64,000 nt of DNA. Origin: Dudresnaya verticillata. Its lineage: Eukaryota. Position numbers and translations under genes: made by a program. The DNA is taken from NCBI GenBank assembly GCA_977862235.1, contig OZ374565.1, forward strand, positions 2,418,001-2,482,000, read 5' to 3'. The notes under the pieces were generated by a model. It was not told the DNA's origin and made no database searches. It worked only from the letters and a program-made list of their open reading frames with translations. Below, one piece after another: positions 19,922 through 30,469 of this stretch (position 1 is its first letter; each line of letters begins with the position of its first letter).

Positions 19922-21009
19922 TTTATTTTTTTGCACCTCATTCCTTCCTCCCCGCCGCCCTCTGCGTACATTGCTGCCTTGCATACCTCTCCCACAGAAT
20001 CCCCGACCCACTGCCTCTGTACAGCGTATTCTTTTCACTCGCACTTTTCCCCTTTTCTTGTAAGTGGGAGGGAGTCTGAGAGTGTTTGCAGGTGTCTAGG
20101 GGTTGTTTAGGGTTAGGTCTAGGGTTAGTTTGGTTACTGTGGTACGCGAGGGGCATGATATTGGGAGGGTAAAGGGTCTAGTGTTGGTGCATGGAATGAA
20201 TCATGGTGGTGGAAGGAATGGATCAGTGTGGTGGATGAATTGGATTTAGGGACATAGAATTGGATTAGATTTAGTACCCAGAAGATTGGATCAAGGATCA
20301 CCACAATCGGATCAAGTCTGGTGGCTGGGGTGAGGGTGGCTTGGACGTTTGTGCTCATAACTTTGGAACGGCTGGGGCTAGGGAGCTGCTCAGTAGCTGA
20401 ATCGAAGCGTCTCGTTGCTGCGCATTGCGTAGCGCTCTTACCCTCCTAAATCGACTTTTTGGCGCGTTTCTATGGTGCAAAACGTCCCCACGGGCCGTCG
20501 GCAGCTTTTGAGCAGATCAAATAGGGGTTTGGGGCATGTATGGTTATGGGTGGGTTTAGGGGTGTTAGGGATGTGTCATTTTAACGCGTTTAGGAGTGTA
20601 GGGAGTGGGAATGAAAGTAGTAAGGATGAGGAAATGGAAAGGGAAGGATGAGAAAGTATAGTACAATGCAGTAATACAAATCACGGAATGCATCAGGTTG
20701 GGATCCAATAAGGGTGGATGGATTGGATCAACGGAAGTCAAGGCGTTATAGGATTGGATCTAGGGGCTCTGTAAATTAGATTGGGTGCTGGTTTCATTGA
20801 ACCAAGGGGTCAGAACGTCCATGAGCTGGTTGACTGTATTTATATTGAATCCTGCGTTTAGAGTAAATGGTATACGGTTATGGGTCATTACTTTAATGCT
20901 CCACGTGTACACTACAGTCGGATGGACATTGGACGCAGGAGTCTTTAGTCGATGACGGGGAGTGCAGTTGATGGCGCATTTAAATAGGGGTACGGCGGGA
21001 ACAGCAAGC

Positions 21010-21098
21010 ACATTCGGCCATACTACGCAGACATGCTCCGTATCCCATCCCGAACTGCGAAGATAAGTCTCGTCAGGCTGGTTTAGTACTGAGGTGAG
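21010..21098 (+). pseudogene. 5S rRNA 5' part (nt 1-89), interrupted by E3-E9
   Basis: Stops at GAGGTGAG, followed by element TTCAAC. Confidence 0.95.
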
Positions 21099-24000
21099 TT
21101 CAACTTTATAACAGGTGACCATATTCTAATATTTGTCGACGTACAATCTACTGTAGTATCACAACAAAGTTAAACCCCAACTCAAAACAACCTGCACATC
21201 TACACCTCCTGTTGGATCCCTTCCATCAGGCACTTGACGTTGTTCTGCACCAGTCGCGCCGCGTGCCTGTGGAACAGAGCCGCTCGCGAAACACCGCGAG
21301 TTACCATGGCCCGAGAAGCCACGGTATCCGCCAACTCTTGCATATACTTGTGCGCCTCCGGGTGCCAGCCACCTAGTGTGGTCATCGGCACCGGCACAAG
21401 CCTTGCCCCCGGTCCGGCAGCCTGGATGAAGCCACGGTAAGTCCGCACCTTGTCAGCGTGGGCGTTCTTCAGCGTCCCTTGCGGGTTTGTTATGCAGCTG
21501 AGAATGCGTTGTTCTGACGACAGTGGATGACTGATTGTGACGTCCAGGTAGTCCGTTCCTCCTTCTGTTCCAAGCGCCTTGATGTCCGGCCGATCCAAGT
21601 GAGCCCCCACAGGGCGGGGCTCCACAATCGGGGTGCGTGTCGCACGTTTCAGATCCGAAGCCAGCAGACGAACCTGAGAGTCGTGGCGCCACGACCGAGG
21701 AGATCCGCTGTTCCGCATGCCGTTCGGACAAATCAGCAGATGGTCGCCGTGAACATCCATCATCTTCTTGCACCCGGCCCGAGGACACTCCGTGTCGGGT
21801 TCCAGCAGTGGAATCCGACAGTAGAATCGAAGCCATACGCGGTAGTCCCGATCCGCAATGTACGTCTTCATGCCTGGTGCCGGCTGGCACTTGAGCCAGT
21901 CCTTGGCGCCCGGCACGCCAAGGGAAGCTCGGAAAGCTTGCGTCCGCCTGTCCCCGAGCGGCAGCTCGGCTTGCACTTTCTTCAGAACCAACCGCGTCAA
22001 GTCCCGCTGGCGCGGGCACTCGTCGCTGTCGATCTTCTCCAGGTCCAGGGCATCCTCACTATGGCACTTGGCGCTCCAGTCTTCGTGCGCTTCTACTGCA
22101 AAAGGATCGTCAGAAAGAGCAGTGTTCACAGAAGCGGGTAAGATAGAACGCAGTAAGTTGCGGGTCAGTGAAAGGGACGCCAAAAACGCGCTCGAGTTCA
22201 TGTCGCCAGCTCCCGAAATACCGATTCCGAAGCTGGGCTCTTTCGTGCGCAGGGGAAGCTGAAGTTCGCGGAAGGTGTCCCTCGGTAGGACTCCTCCCAC
22301 GAGCTTGCGCATGCAAGCCTCAATCTTCTGGTCGAAGAGCTCGGCGCCCTTTGCCGTGGCGGATGATGGAACTACTCGCAGCAGGTAGTTCAGCCGGCAG
22401 ACTCCGGCACAGTTGCGGAGTAGAGTGATGGCCACGTGTAGGTCTTCTAGTCCCGAAATTGCGTCCAGCAGGGGCTGGATGGACTCGACATGGCCATTCA
22501 CGCTCTCCTCCATGTAGTTCTGCGTTCCAATCGGAGCCTGAAGTACTGTAGTGCCTTCTCCGTAGCTCTGCCCAAGATCCGACGGGTAGGCAGCGCAGTC
22601 TTCTGGGTCGGGTGCAGTAGGCCACCAAACAGTACACTTGTCCATGCGCAGGTGGAAGCCATAGCCCTTAGCTTCCTCGGAGTCAAAGAAGGACAGAACC
22701 TTCCTGAGTACGGCGTGTTTCGCCACGATGACGCCGTCGTCCAGGTAGAACAGTGACAGCAGCAAGTTGTTCGCCCCCTCCGCTTGCTGATTGCGGCCCG
22801 AGCGCCGCAGGTCGGCGGTGAGTTCCTTCAACTGTTTGATCAGTGCCTGCAGCACCAAAGCAAACAGTAACGGCCCGAGCGGGTCACCTTGCTGTACACC
22901 AGTGACACTCCGCAGTAGAGTGTCACCCATCCACAGGTGCGGGCCCTCAGAGTCATAACAGTATCTGACCCACGGTAGTAGTTCAGGCATATGTCGGCGG
23001 ACCTCCTTCATGAATGCTTTGCGGCTGACAAGGTTGAAGGCATTCTTCAAGTCCACTTGTAGCAACCCGTAGGACTTGTCATGGCCGTGAGACTTCTGCA
23101 GCTTCCGGACCGCGTGTACAATGGCTTCTGTGCCGCCCGAGGTTGCGACCCCGAGCTGAAGCGGTTCGAGGTATGCCTTGGCCTTGGGAGCGACTCTGGT
23201 CATGAGCATAGAGCTCACGAGTCGTCGGATTGTCTCTCCTACAGCAATGGGGCGGACACCGCCGGTGCGCTTCTTCAGAGCCGTGAGAGGAGCGCTGGCA
23301 ATCCAAGGCGACAGCTCCGCAGGTCCTGCGCCGCTGGCCAGCACGTTGACCATTTTGGTGAGCCCGCCAAGCAGGCCCGTGTGCTCGTGAGTGGTCGGGA
23401 CTGAGAGCAGTTCCTGCAGATGCGTCGGTGATAGTCCTGTTCCCCCCGAGGCCGAAGCCCGGGGGAACTTGGCCACTGCTTTTCGTACTTCGTCGGCTGT
23501 GAAAGGCACGAAGTCAGGCATGGTCGGCAGCGGTTCGGACTGGTCAAGCTCGTGGTCCGCGTCGGTTTGCGGTACGGACTGCGGGTGCTTGTCCTTCATG
23601 GACTGTATCACAGAGTCTGTGGCTGGGGCGATTCCATCAGAGTCTAGAGCTGCTGCTGCCTTACTGTAGGCGCCCTCCTTTGCAAGGCGAAGGGCTCGTG
23701 AGGCATTGATACGGCGTTGCTCTTCTGCGGAAGGCGCAGTCTGCTCACGGAATGTCGAGCCCTTCAAGGCCTCCTGCCATAGGGCGTCGTAATCCTTGAG
23801 TCCCCAGCGTCGGATTCGATCGCGGAAGGTGCCGATCGAGGACGCAGAGGTTGACGCGCTGGCCCTTGCACTCGCCGCGGGAGGATTGGACAAGACGGCT
23901 GCTGGAAAAAGCAGGAATGCAGTGAGCTCTTTGGTGGCTTCCTGAGAGTTGGTTGTGTTCGTAAAAGCCCATACCGTCTTGGACAGTGCGTCGCGCACCT

Positions 24001-25750
24001 CGGCGCGGACGCGAGACGGTATATGTGTGACCATAGGGATATGCGAGCGACAGATGTCTTCGACCGCCGGCAGAAGCTGCCCTCCTGGACCCCGCGCAAC
24101 GGGTGGGGTTTGCGCAGTTGGTACCTCTCGAGTAGCAGGTACCGGTGCAGGAGGCGGCTCCTGGCTGTCCGGGATTCGTCGCGGGGCTGGCAGGATATCG
24201 TCCGCTGGCTCGCCGTCCTCGGGTTGCGTCTCCGTGACCGCGTCCAGAGCAGGAGACTGTGATGGCGCGGCTACAGTTTCTTCACGGCTCGGTGTCGTCA
24301 ATTGGTTGGACGGGACGTGGGAGAACGCCGGAGTGCGAGTAGCGGGACATGCGCTGCAATTCTTGTACCGCATACTGTACATGCCTTCACTGTTCATGCG
24401 GGAGCTACAGTGGGTGGGCATGTACTTGTTGTGAGTCACACAGTACCATACTCCATAGTCCAGGAGCTGCTGCTTGAGAGGCTCGATGTCGGTCCTCGTC
24501 GGTGGTCCTCGCCTGCCAGGAACATGCATCTTCCGCAGGTGCATGAGTAGCGCTTCTACAGTAGGCAGTGAGGACGACTGGCAGCCCAGAGGACAGCTGG
24601 TACTGTTTGTCGGGCGGTGTTTTGCCGAAGGCATAAAGCATGGAGAGAGCCATACCTTCGGCATGTCGGGGTGCTGCTGACCAATCATGGTTACAGCGCT
24701 GGGTAAGGTACCTGTAAAGGTCCTCTACAGTAGGTTCCCACGGGGCACAGGCCTCCTAACCGGGACGCAAGCCTGTCGTCCGTCGTCAGTCTGTTCGGGA
24801 CACCTCCAGAGGGTGCTACAGGTGGCCTTGCTGCGAGATGAGGGCCTCTTCGCAGCGTAGGGCGCGAGATCGCGCACTTTGCGCACGAGCTCGCGCAAAA
24901 GGGCGCGCGTGTTAGCGTTCGTGCGCGCAGAGTTATCGGACGTTCCCTTCCCTGCCGCAGCTGAGAAGACTCTCTTCACTGCGGTCCTGTAACGCGCGGT
25001 ACTTCTCGTTTGCACAAGCTCTCAATGGGGTCGCAGAACCACCGTTTACCTGTGAGTGCCCACAGGATTTTTGGCCTCCCCCGAAGGTTCGCTGGCAGGA
25101 CGTTCGCTCGATCTTAGAAGGGGTGGTTTCAAAACAGGATCCACCAGGCTTAAGCCACGTTACCCCAACTTCGACGTTGCTTGGCACGTTTCTGCGATGA
25201 GCTTGTGGGTCACGAGCCGCCTACCACTCAAGGTCGAGGGTCTTTGGCGATTCCCACACTTGTAGGTCTCTCGGCACTTCCCGAAGGAAGATTTTACAGG
25301 ACAAGCCTGGCCTTTACCAATCTGTCAGTTGAAGGGTGTGAAACCCCTCTGTCGACAGTCCACGGCAGCCTAGACAGAGTCTAGGCTGTGCCGGGTACAA
25401 GCAAAACGCGTACAGGGCCAGGGAAAGAAAGATAAGTCAGTGGGGCCCGGGCAAATTTCAAGGTGAGGGATCACCTTAAAAGTAAGCGCAAAATAGGAAA
25501 CGCGTGACCGTCGGCGACGACAGCGGCGGCGACGGCGGCGACGACGACGGCGTCGCGGCGCAGATCGGCGGCGCGGAAAGAGACAAAAGTAGACCGCGCT
25601 CGCCCGCCCGCGAAGGTGAAGGGCTGAAAAACCCCGCACCGACGCGCCGTCGCGCGCTCGAACAGGCGGCACCGCCGCCGAAAAGATCGGTGCAGAACTT
25701 GCTGAGAAATCTCCGAAACAAAAAATTCGGCAGATCGCGAGGGGTTCTCC
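21099..25750 (-). mobile_element. E3: full-length copy
   Basis: Same termini; type-B 5' end. Confidence 0.93.
21200..24688 (-). CDS. RT-RLE retrotransposon protein, 1162 aa (E3)
   Basis: Intact ORF. Confidence 0.95.
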   Translation of the reverse strand: MIGQQHPDMPKVWLSPCFMPSAKHRPTNSTSCPLGCQSSSLPTVEALLMHLRKMHVPGRRGPPTRTDIEPLKQQLLDYGVWYCVTHNKYMPTHCSSRMNSEGMYSMRYKNCSACPATRTPAFSHVPSNQLTTPSREETVAAPSQSPALDAVTETQPEDGEPADDILPAPRRIPDSQEPPPAPVPATREVPTAQTPPVARGPGGQLLPAVEDICRSHIPMVTHIPSRVRAEVRDALSKTVWAFTNTTNSQEATKELTAFLLFPAAVLSNPPAASARASASTSASSIGTFRDRIRRWGLKDYDALWQEALKGSTFREQTAPSAEEQRRINASRALRLAKEGAYSKAAAALDSDGIAPATDSVIQSMKDKHPQSVPQTDADHELDQSEPLPTMPDFVPFTADEVRKAVAKFPRASASGGTGLSPTHLQELLSVPTTHEHTGLLGGLTKMVNVLASGAGPAELSPWIASAPLTALKKRTGGVRPIAVGETIRRLVSSMLMTRVAPKAKAYLEPLQLGVATSGGTEAIVHAVRKLQKSHGHDKSYGLLQVDLKNAFNLVSRKAFMKEVRRHMPELLPWVRYCYDSEGPHLWMGDTLLRSVTGVQQGDPLGPLLFALVLQALIKQLKELTADLRRSGRNQQAEGANNLLLSLFYLDDGVIVAKHAVLRKVLSFFDSEEAKGYGFHLRMDKCTVWWPTAPDPEDCAAYPSDLGQSYGEGTTVLQAPIGTQNYMEESVNGHVESIQPLLDAISGLEDLHVAITLLRNCAGVCRLNYLLRVVPSSATAKGAELFDQKIEACMRKLVGGVLPRDTFRELQLPLRTKEPSFGIGISGAGDMNSSAFLASLSLTRNLLRSILPASVNTALSDDPFAVEAHEDWSAKCHSEDALDLEKIDSDECPRQRDLTRLVLKKVQAELPLGDRRTQAFRASLGVPGAKDWLKCQPAPGMKTYIADRDYRVWLRFYCRIPLLEPDTECPRAGCKKMMDVHGDHLLICPNGMRNSGSPRSWRHDSQVRLLASDLKRATRTPIVEPRPVGAHLDRPDIKALGTEGGTDYLDVTISHPLSSEQRILSCITNPQGTLKNAHADKVRTYRGFIQAAGPGARLVPVPMTTLGGWHPEAHKYMQELADTVASRAMVTRGVSRAALFHRHAARLVQNNVKCLMEGIQQEV

Positions 25751-25782
25751 GGGTACTGAGGTGAGGACTGAGGTCAGGTGAG

Positions 25783-28700
25783 TTCAACTTTATAACAGGT
25801 GGCCATATTCTAATATTTGTCGACGTACAATCTACTGTAGTATCACAACAAAGTTAAACCCCAACTCAAAACAACCTGCACATCTACACCTCCTGTTGGA
25901 TCCCTTCCATCAGGCACTTGACGTTGTTCTGCACCAGTCGCGCCGCGTGCCTGTGGAACAGAGCCGCTCGCGAAACACCGCGAGTTACCATGGCCCGAGA
26001 AGCCACGGTATCCGCCAACTCTTGCATATACTTGTGCGCCTCCGGGTGCCAGCCACCTAGTGTGGTCATCGGCACCGGCACAAGCCTTGCCCCCGGTCCG
26101 GCAGCCTGGATGAAGCCACGGTAAGTCCGCACCTTGTCAGCGTGGGCGTTCTTCAGCGTCCCTTGCGGGTTTGTTATGCAGCTGAGAATGCGTTGTTCTG
26201 ACGACAGTGGATGACTGATTGTGACGTCCAGGTAGTCCGTTCCTCCTTCTGTTCCAAGCGCCTTGATGTCCGGCCGATCCAAGTGAGCCCCCACAGGGCG
26301 GGGCTCCACAATCGGGGTGCGTGTCGCACGTTTCAGATCCGAAGCCAGCAGACGAACCTGAGAGTCGTGGCGCCACGACCGAGGAGATCCGCTGTTCCGC
26401 ATGCCGTTCGGACAAATCAGCAGATGGTCGCCGTGAACATCCATCATCTTCTTGCACCCGGCCCGAGGACACTCCGTGTCGGGTTCCAGCAGTGGAATCC
26501 GACAGTAGAATCGAAGCCATACGCGGTAGTCCCGATCCGCAATGTACGTCTTCATGCCTGGTGCCGGCTGGCACTTGAGCCAGTCCTTGGCGCCCGGCAC
26601 GCCAAGGGAAGCTCGGAAAGCTTGCGTCCGCCTGTCCCCGAGCGGCAGCTCGGCTTGCACTTTCTTCAGAACCAACCGCGTCAAGTCCCGCTGGCGCGGG
26701 CACTCGTCGCTGTCGATCTTCTCCAGGTCCAGGGCATCCTCACTATGGCACTTGGCGCTCCAGTCTTCGTGCGCTTCTACTGCAAAAGGATCGTCAGAAA
26801 GAGCAGTGTTCACAGAAGCGGGTAAGATAGAACGCAGTAAGTTGCGGGTCAGTGAAAGGGACGCCAAAAACGCGCTCGAGTTCATGTCGCCAGCTCCCGA
26901 AATACCGATTCCGAAGCTGGGCTCTTTCGTGCGCAGGGGAAGCTGAAGTTCGCGGAAGGTGTCCCTCGGTAGGACTCCTCCCACGAGCTTGCGCATGCAA
27001 GCCTCAATCTTCTGGTCGAAGAGCTCGGCGCCCTTTGCCGTGGCGGATGATGGAACTACTCGCAGCAGGTAGTTCAGCCGGCAGACTCCGGCACAGTTGC
27101 GGAGTAGAGTGATGGCCACGTGTAGGTCTTCTAGTCCCGAAATTGCGTCCAGCAGGGGCTGGATGGACTCGACATGGCCATTCACGCTCTCCTCCATGTA
27201 GTTCTGCGTTCCAATCGGAGCCTGAAGTACTGTAGTGCCTTCTCCGTAGCTCTGCCCAAGATCCGACGGGTAGGCAGCGCAGTCTTCTGGGTCGGGTGCA
27301 GTAGGCCACCAAACAGTACACTTGTCCATGCGCAGGTGGAAGCCATAGCCCTTAGCTTCCTCGGAGTCAAAGAAGGACAGAACCTTCCTGAGTACGGCGT
27401 GTTTCGCCACGATGACGCCGTCGTCCAGGTAGAACAGTGACAGCAGCAAGTTGTTCGCCCCCTCCGCTTGCTGATTGCGGCCCGAGCGCCGCAGGTCGGC
27501 GGTGAGTTCCTTCAACTGTTTGATCAGTGCCTGCAGCACCAAAGCAAACAGTAACGGCCCGAGCGGGTCACCTTGCTGTACACCAGTGACACTCCGCAGT
27601 AGAGTGTCACCCATCCACAGGTGCGGGCCCTCAGAGTCATAACAGTATCTGACCCACGGTAGTAGTTCAGGCATATGTCGGCGGACCTCCTTCATGAATG
27701 CTTTGCGGCTGACAAGGTTGAAGGCATTCTTCAAGTCCACTTGTAGCAACCCGTAGGACTTGTCATGGCCGTGAGACTTCTGCAGCTTCCGGACCGCGTG
27801 TACAATGGCTTCTGTGCCGCCCGAGGTTGCGACCCCGAGCTGAAGCGGTTCGAGGTATGCCTTGGCCTTGGGAGCGACTCTGGTCATGAGCATAGAGCTC
27901 ACGAGTCGTCGGATTGTCTCTCCTACAGCAATGGGGCGGACACCGCCGGTGCGCTTCTTCAGAGCCGTGAGAGGAGCGCTGGCAATCCAAGGCGACAGCT
28001 CCGCAGGTCCTGCGCCGCTGGCCAGCACGTTGACCATTTTGGTGAGCCCGCCAAGCAGGCCCGTGTGCTCGTGAGTGGTCGGGACTGAGAGCAGTTCCTG
28101 CAGATGCGTCGGTGATAGTCCTGTTCCCCCCGAGGCCGAAGCCCGGGGGAACTTGGCCACTGCTTTTCGTACTTCGTCGGCTGTGAAAGGCACGAAGTCA
28201 GGCATGGTCGGCAGCGGTTCGGACTGGTCAAGCTCGTGGTCCGCGTCGGTTTGCGGTACGGACTGCGGGTGCTTGTCCTTCATGGACTGTATCACAGAGT
28301 CTGTGGCTGGGGCGATTCCATCAGAGTCTAGAGCTGCTGCTGCCTTACTGTAGGCGCCCTCCTTTGCAAGGCGAAGGGCTCGTGAGGCATTGATACGGCG
28401 TTGCTCTTCTGCGGAAGGCGCAGTCTGCTCACGGAATGTCGAGCCCTTCAAGGCCTCCTGCCATAGGGCGTCGTAATCCTTGAGTCCCCAGCGTCGGATT
28501 CGATCGCGGAAGGTGCCGATCGAGGACGCAGAGGTTGACGCGCTGGCCCTTGCACTCGCCGCGGGAGGATTGGACAAGACGGCTGCTGGAAAAAGCAGGA
28601 ATGCAGTGAGCTCTTTGGTGGCTTCCTGAGAGTTGGTTGTGTTCGTAAAAGCCCATACCGTCTTGGACAGTGCGTCGCGCACCTCGGCGCGGACGCGAGA

Positions 28701-30434
28701 CGGTATATGTGTGACCATAGGGATATGCGAGCGACAGATGTCTTCGACCGCCGGCAGAAGCTGCCCTCCTGGACCCCGCGCAACGGGTGGGGTTTGCGCA
28801 GTTGGTACCTCTCGAGTAGCAGGTACCGGTGCAGGAGGCGGCTCCTGGCTGTCCGGGATTCGTCGCGGGGCTGGCAGGATATCGTCCGCTGGCTCGCCGT
28901 CCTCGGGTTGCGTCTCCGTGACCGCGTCCAGAGCAGGAGACTGTGATGGCGCGGCTACAGTTTCTTCACGGCTCGGTGTCGTCAATTGGTTGGACGGGAC
29001 GTGGGAGAACGCCGGAGTGCGAGTAGCGGGACATGCGCTGCAATTCTTGTACCGCATACTGTACATGCCTTCACTGTTCATGCGGGAGCTACAGTGGGTG
29101 GGCATGTACTTGTTGTGAGTCACACAGTACCATACTCCATAGTCCAGGAGCTGCTGCTTGAGAGGCTCGATGTCGGTCCTCGTCGGTGGTCCTCGCCTGC
29201 CAGGAACATGCATCTTCCGCAGGTGCATGAGTAGCGCTTCTACAGTAGGCAGTGAGGACGACTGGCAGCCCAGAGGACAGCTGGTACTGTTTGTCGGGCG
29301 GTGTTTTGCCGAAGGCATAAAGCATGGAGAGAGCCATACCTTCGGCATGTCGGGGTGCTGCTGACCAATCATGGTTACAGCGCTGGGTAAGGTACCTGTA
29401 AAGGTCCTCTACAGTAGGTTCCCACGGGGCACAGGCCTCCTAACCGGGACGCAAGCCTGTCGTCCGTCGTCAGTCTGTTCGGGACACCTCCAGAGGGTGC
29501 TACAGGTGGCCTTGCTGCGAGATGAGGGCCTCTTCGCAGCGTAGGGCGCGAGATCGCGCACTTTGCGCACGAGCTCGCGCAAAAGGGCGCGCGTGTTAGC
29601 GTTCGTGCGCGCAGAGTTATCGGACGTTCCCTTCCCTGCCGCAGCTGAGAAGACTCTCTTCACTGCGGTCCTGTAACGCGCGGTACTTCTCGTTTGCACA
29701 AGCTCTCAATGGGGTCGCAGAACCACCGTTTACCTGTGAGTGCCCACAGGATTTTTGGCCTCCCCCGAAGGTTCGCTGGCAGGACGTTCGCTCGATCTTA
29801 GAAGGGGTGGTTTCAAAACAGGATCCACCAGGCTTAAGCCACGTTACCCCAACTTCGACGTTGCTTGGCACGTTTCTGCGATGAGCTTGTGGGTCACGAG
29901 CCGCCTACCACTCAAGGTCGAGGGTCTTTGGCGATTCCCACACTTGTAGGTCTCTCGGCACTTCCCGAAGGAAGATTTTACAGGACAAGCCTGGCCTTTA
30001 CCAATCTGTCAGTTGAAGGGTGTGAAACCCCTCTGTCGACAGTCCACGGCAGCCTAGACAGAGTCTAGGCTGTGCCGGGTACAAGCAAAACGCGTACAGG
30101 GCCAGGGAAAGAAAGATAAGTCAGTGGGGCCCGGGCAAATTTCAAGGTGAGGGATCACCTTAAAAGTAAGCGCAAAATAGGAAACGCGTGACCGTCGGCG
30201 ACGACGGCGGCGGCGACGGCGGCGACGACGACGGCGTCGCGGCGCAGATCGGCGGCGCGGAAAGAGACAAAAGTAGACCGCGCTCGCCCGCCCGCGAAGG
30301 TGAAGGGCTGAAAAACCCCGCACCGACGCGCCGTCGCGCGCTCGAACAGGCGGCACCGCCGCCGAAAAGATCGGTGCAGAACTTGCTGAGAAATCTCCGA
30401 AACAAAAAATTCGGCAGATCGCGAGGGGTTCTCC
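25783..30434 (-). mobile_element. E4: full-length copy
   Basis: Same termini; type-B 5' end. Confidence 0.93.
25884..29372 (-). CDS. RT-RLE retrotransposon protein, 1162 aa (E4)
   Basis: Intact ORF. Confidence 0.95.
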   Translation of the reverse strand: MIGQQHPDMPKVWLSPCFMPSAKHRPTNSTSCPLGCQSSSLPTVEALLMHLRKMHVPGRRGPPTRTDIEPLKQQLLDYGVWYCVTHNKYMPTHCSSRMNSEGMYSMRYKNCSACPATRTPAFSHVPSNQLTTPSREETVAAPSQSPALDAVTETQPEDGEPADDILPAPRRIPDSQEPPPAPVPATREVPTAQTPPVARGPGGQLLPAVEDICRSHIPMVTHIPSRVRAEVRDALSKTVWAFTNTTNSQEATKELTAFLLFPAAVLSNPPAASARASASTSASSIGTFRDRIRRWGLKDYDALWQEALKGSTFREQTAPSAEEQRRINASRALRLAKEGAYSKAAAALDSDGIAPATDSVIQSMKDKHPQSVPQTDADHELDQSEPLPTMPDFVPFTADEVRKAVAKFPRASASGGTGLSPTHLQELLSVPTTHEHTGLLGGLTKMVNVLASGAGPAELSPWIASAPLTALKKRTGGVRPIAVGETIRRLVSSMLMTRVAPKAKAYLEPLQLGVATSGGTEAIVHAVRKLQKSHGHDKSYGLLQVDLKNAFNLVSRKAFMKEVRRHMPELLPWVRYCYDSEGPHLWMGDTLLRSVTGVQQGDPLGPLLFALVLQALIKQLKELTADLRRSGRNQQAEGANNLLLSLFYLDDGVIVAKHAVLRKVLSFFDSEEAKGYGFHLRMDKCTVWWPTAPDPEDCAAYPSDLGQSYGEGTTVLQAPIGTQNYMEESVNGHVESIQPLLDAISGLEDLHVAITLLRNCAGVCRLNYLLRVVPSSATAKGAELFDQKIEACMRKLVGGVLPRDTFRELQLPLRTKEPSFGIGISGAGDMNSSAFLASLSLTRNLLRSILPASVNTALSDDPFAVEAHEDWSAKCHSEDALDLEKIDSDECPRQRDLTRLVLKKVQAELPLGDRRTQAFRASLGVPGAKDWLKCQPAPGMKTYIADRDYRVWLRFYCRIPLLEPDTECPRAGCKKMMDVHGDHLLICPNGMRNSGSPRSWRHDSQVRLLASDLKRATRTPIVEPRPVGAHLDRPDIKALGTEGGTDYLDVTISHPLSSEQRILSCITNPQGTLKNAHADKVRTYRGFIQAAGPGARLVPVPMTTLGGWHPEAHKYMQELADTVASRAMVTRGVSRAALFHRHAARLVQNNVKCLMEGIQQEV

Positions 30435-30469
30435 AGTCTCAGTCTGAGGTGAGGGAGTACTCAGGTGAG

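Larger units (their letters stand above)
12622..21098 (+). repeat. 5S rDNA tandem array, 1209-bp unit (block 2, 7 periods)
   Basis: Exact 1209-bp period (12631, 13840, ... 19885). Confidence 0.97.

Noticed and set aside
12622..21098. CRISPR-like or prokaryotic repeat array
   Set aside because: Units are 1209 bp with identical spacers, contain eukaryotic 5S genes, and no cas genes are present.
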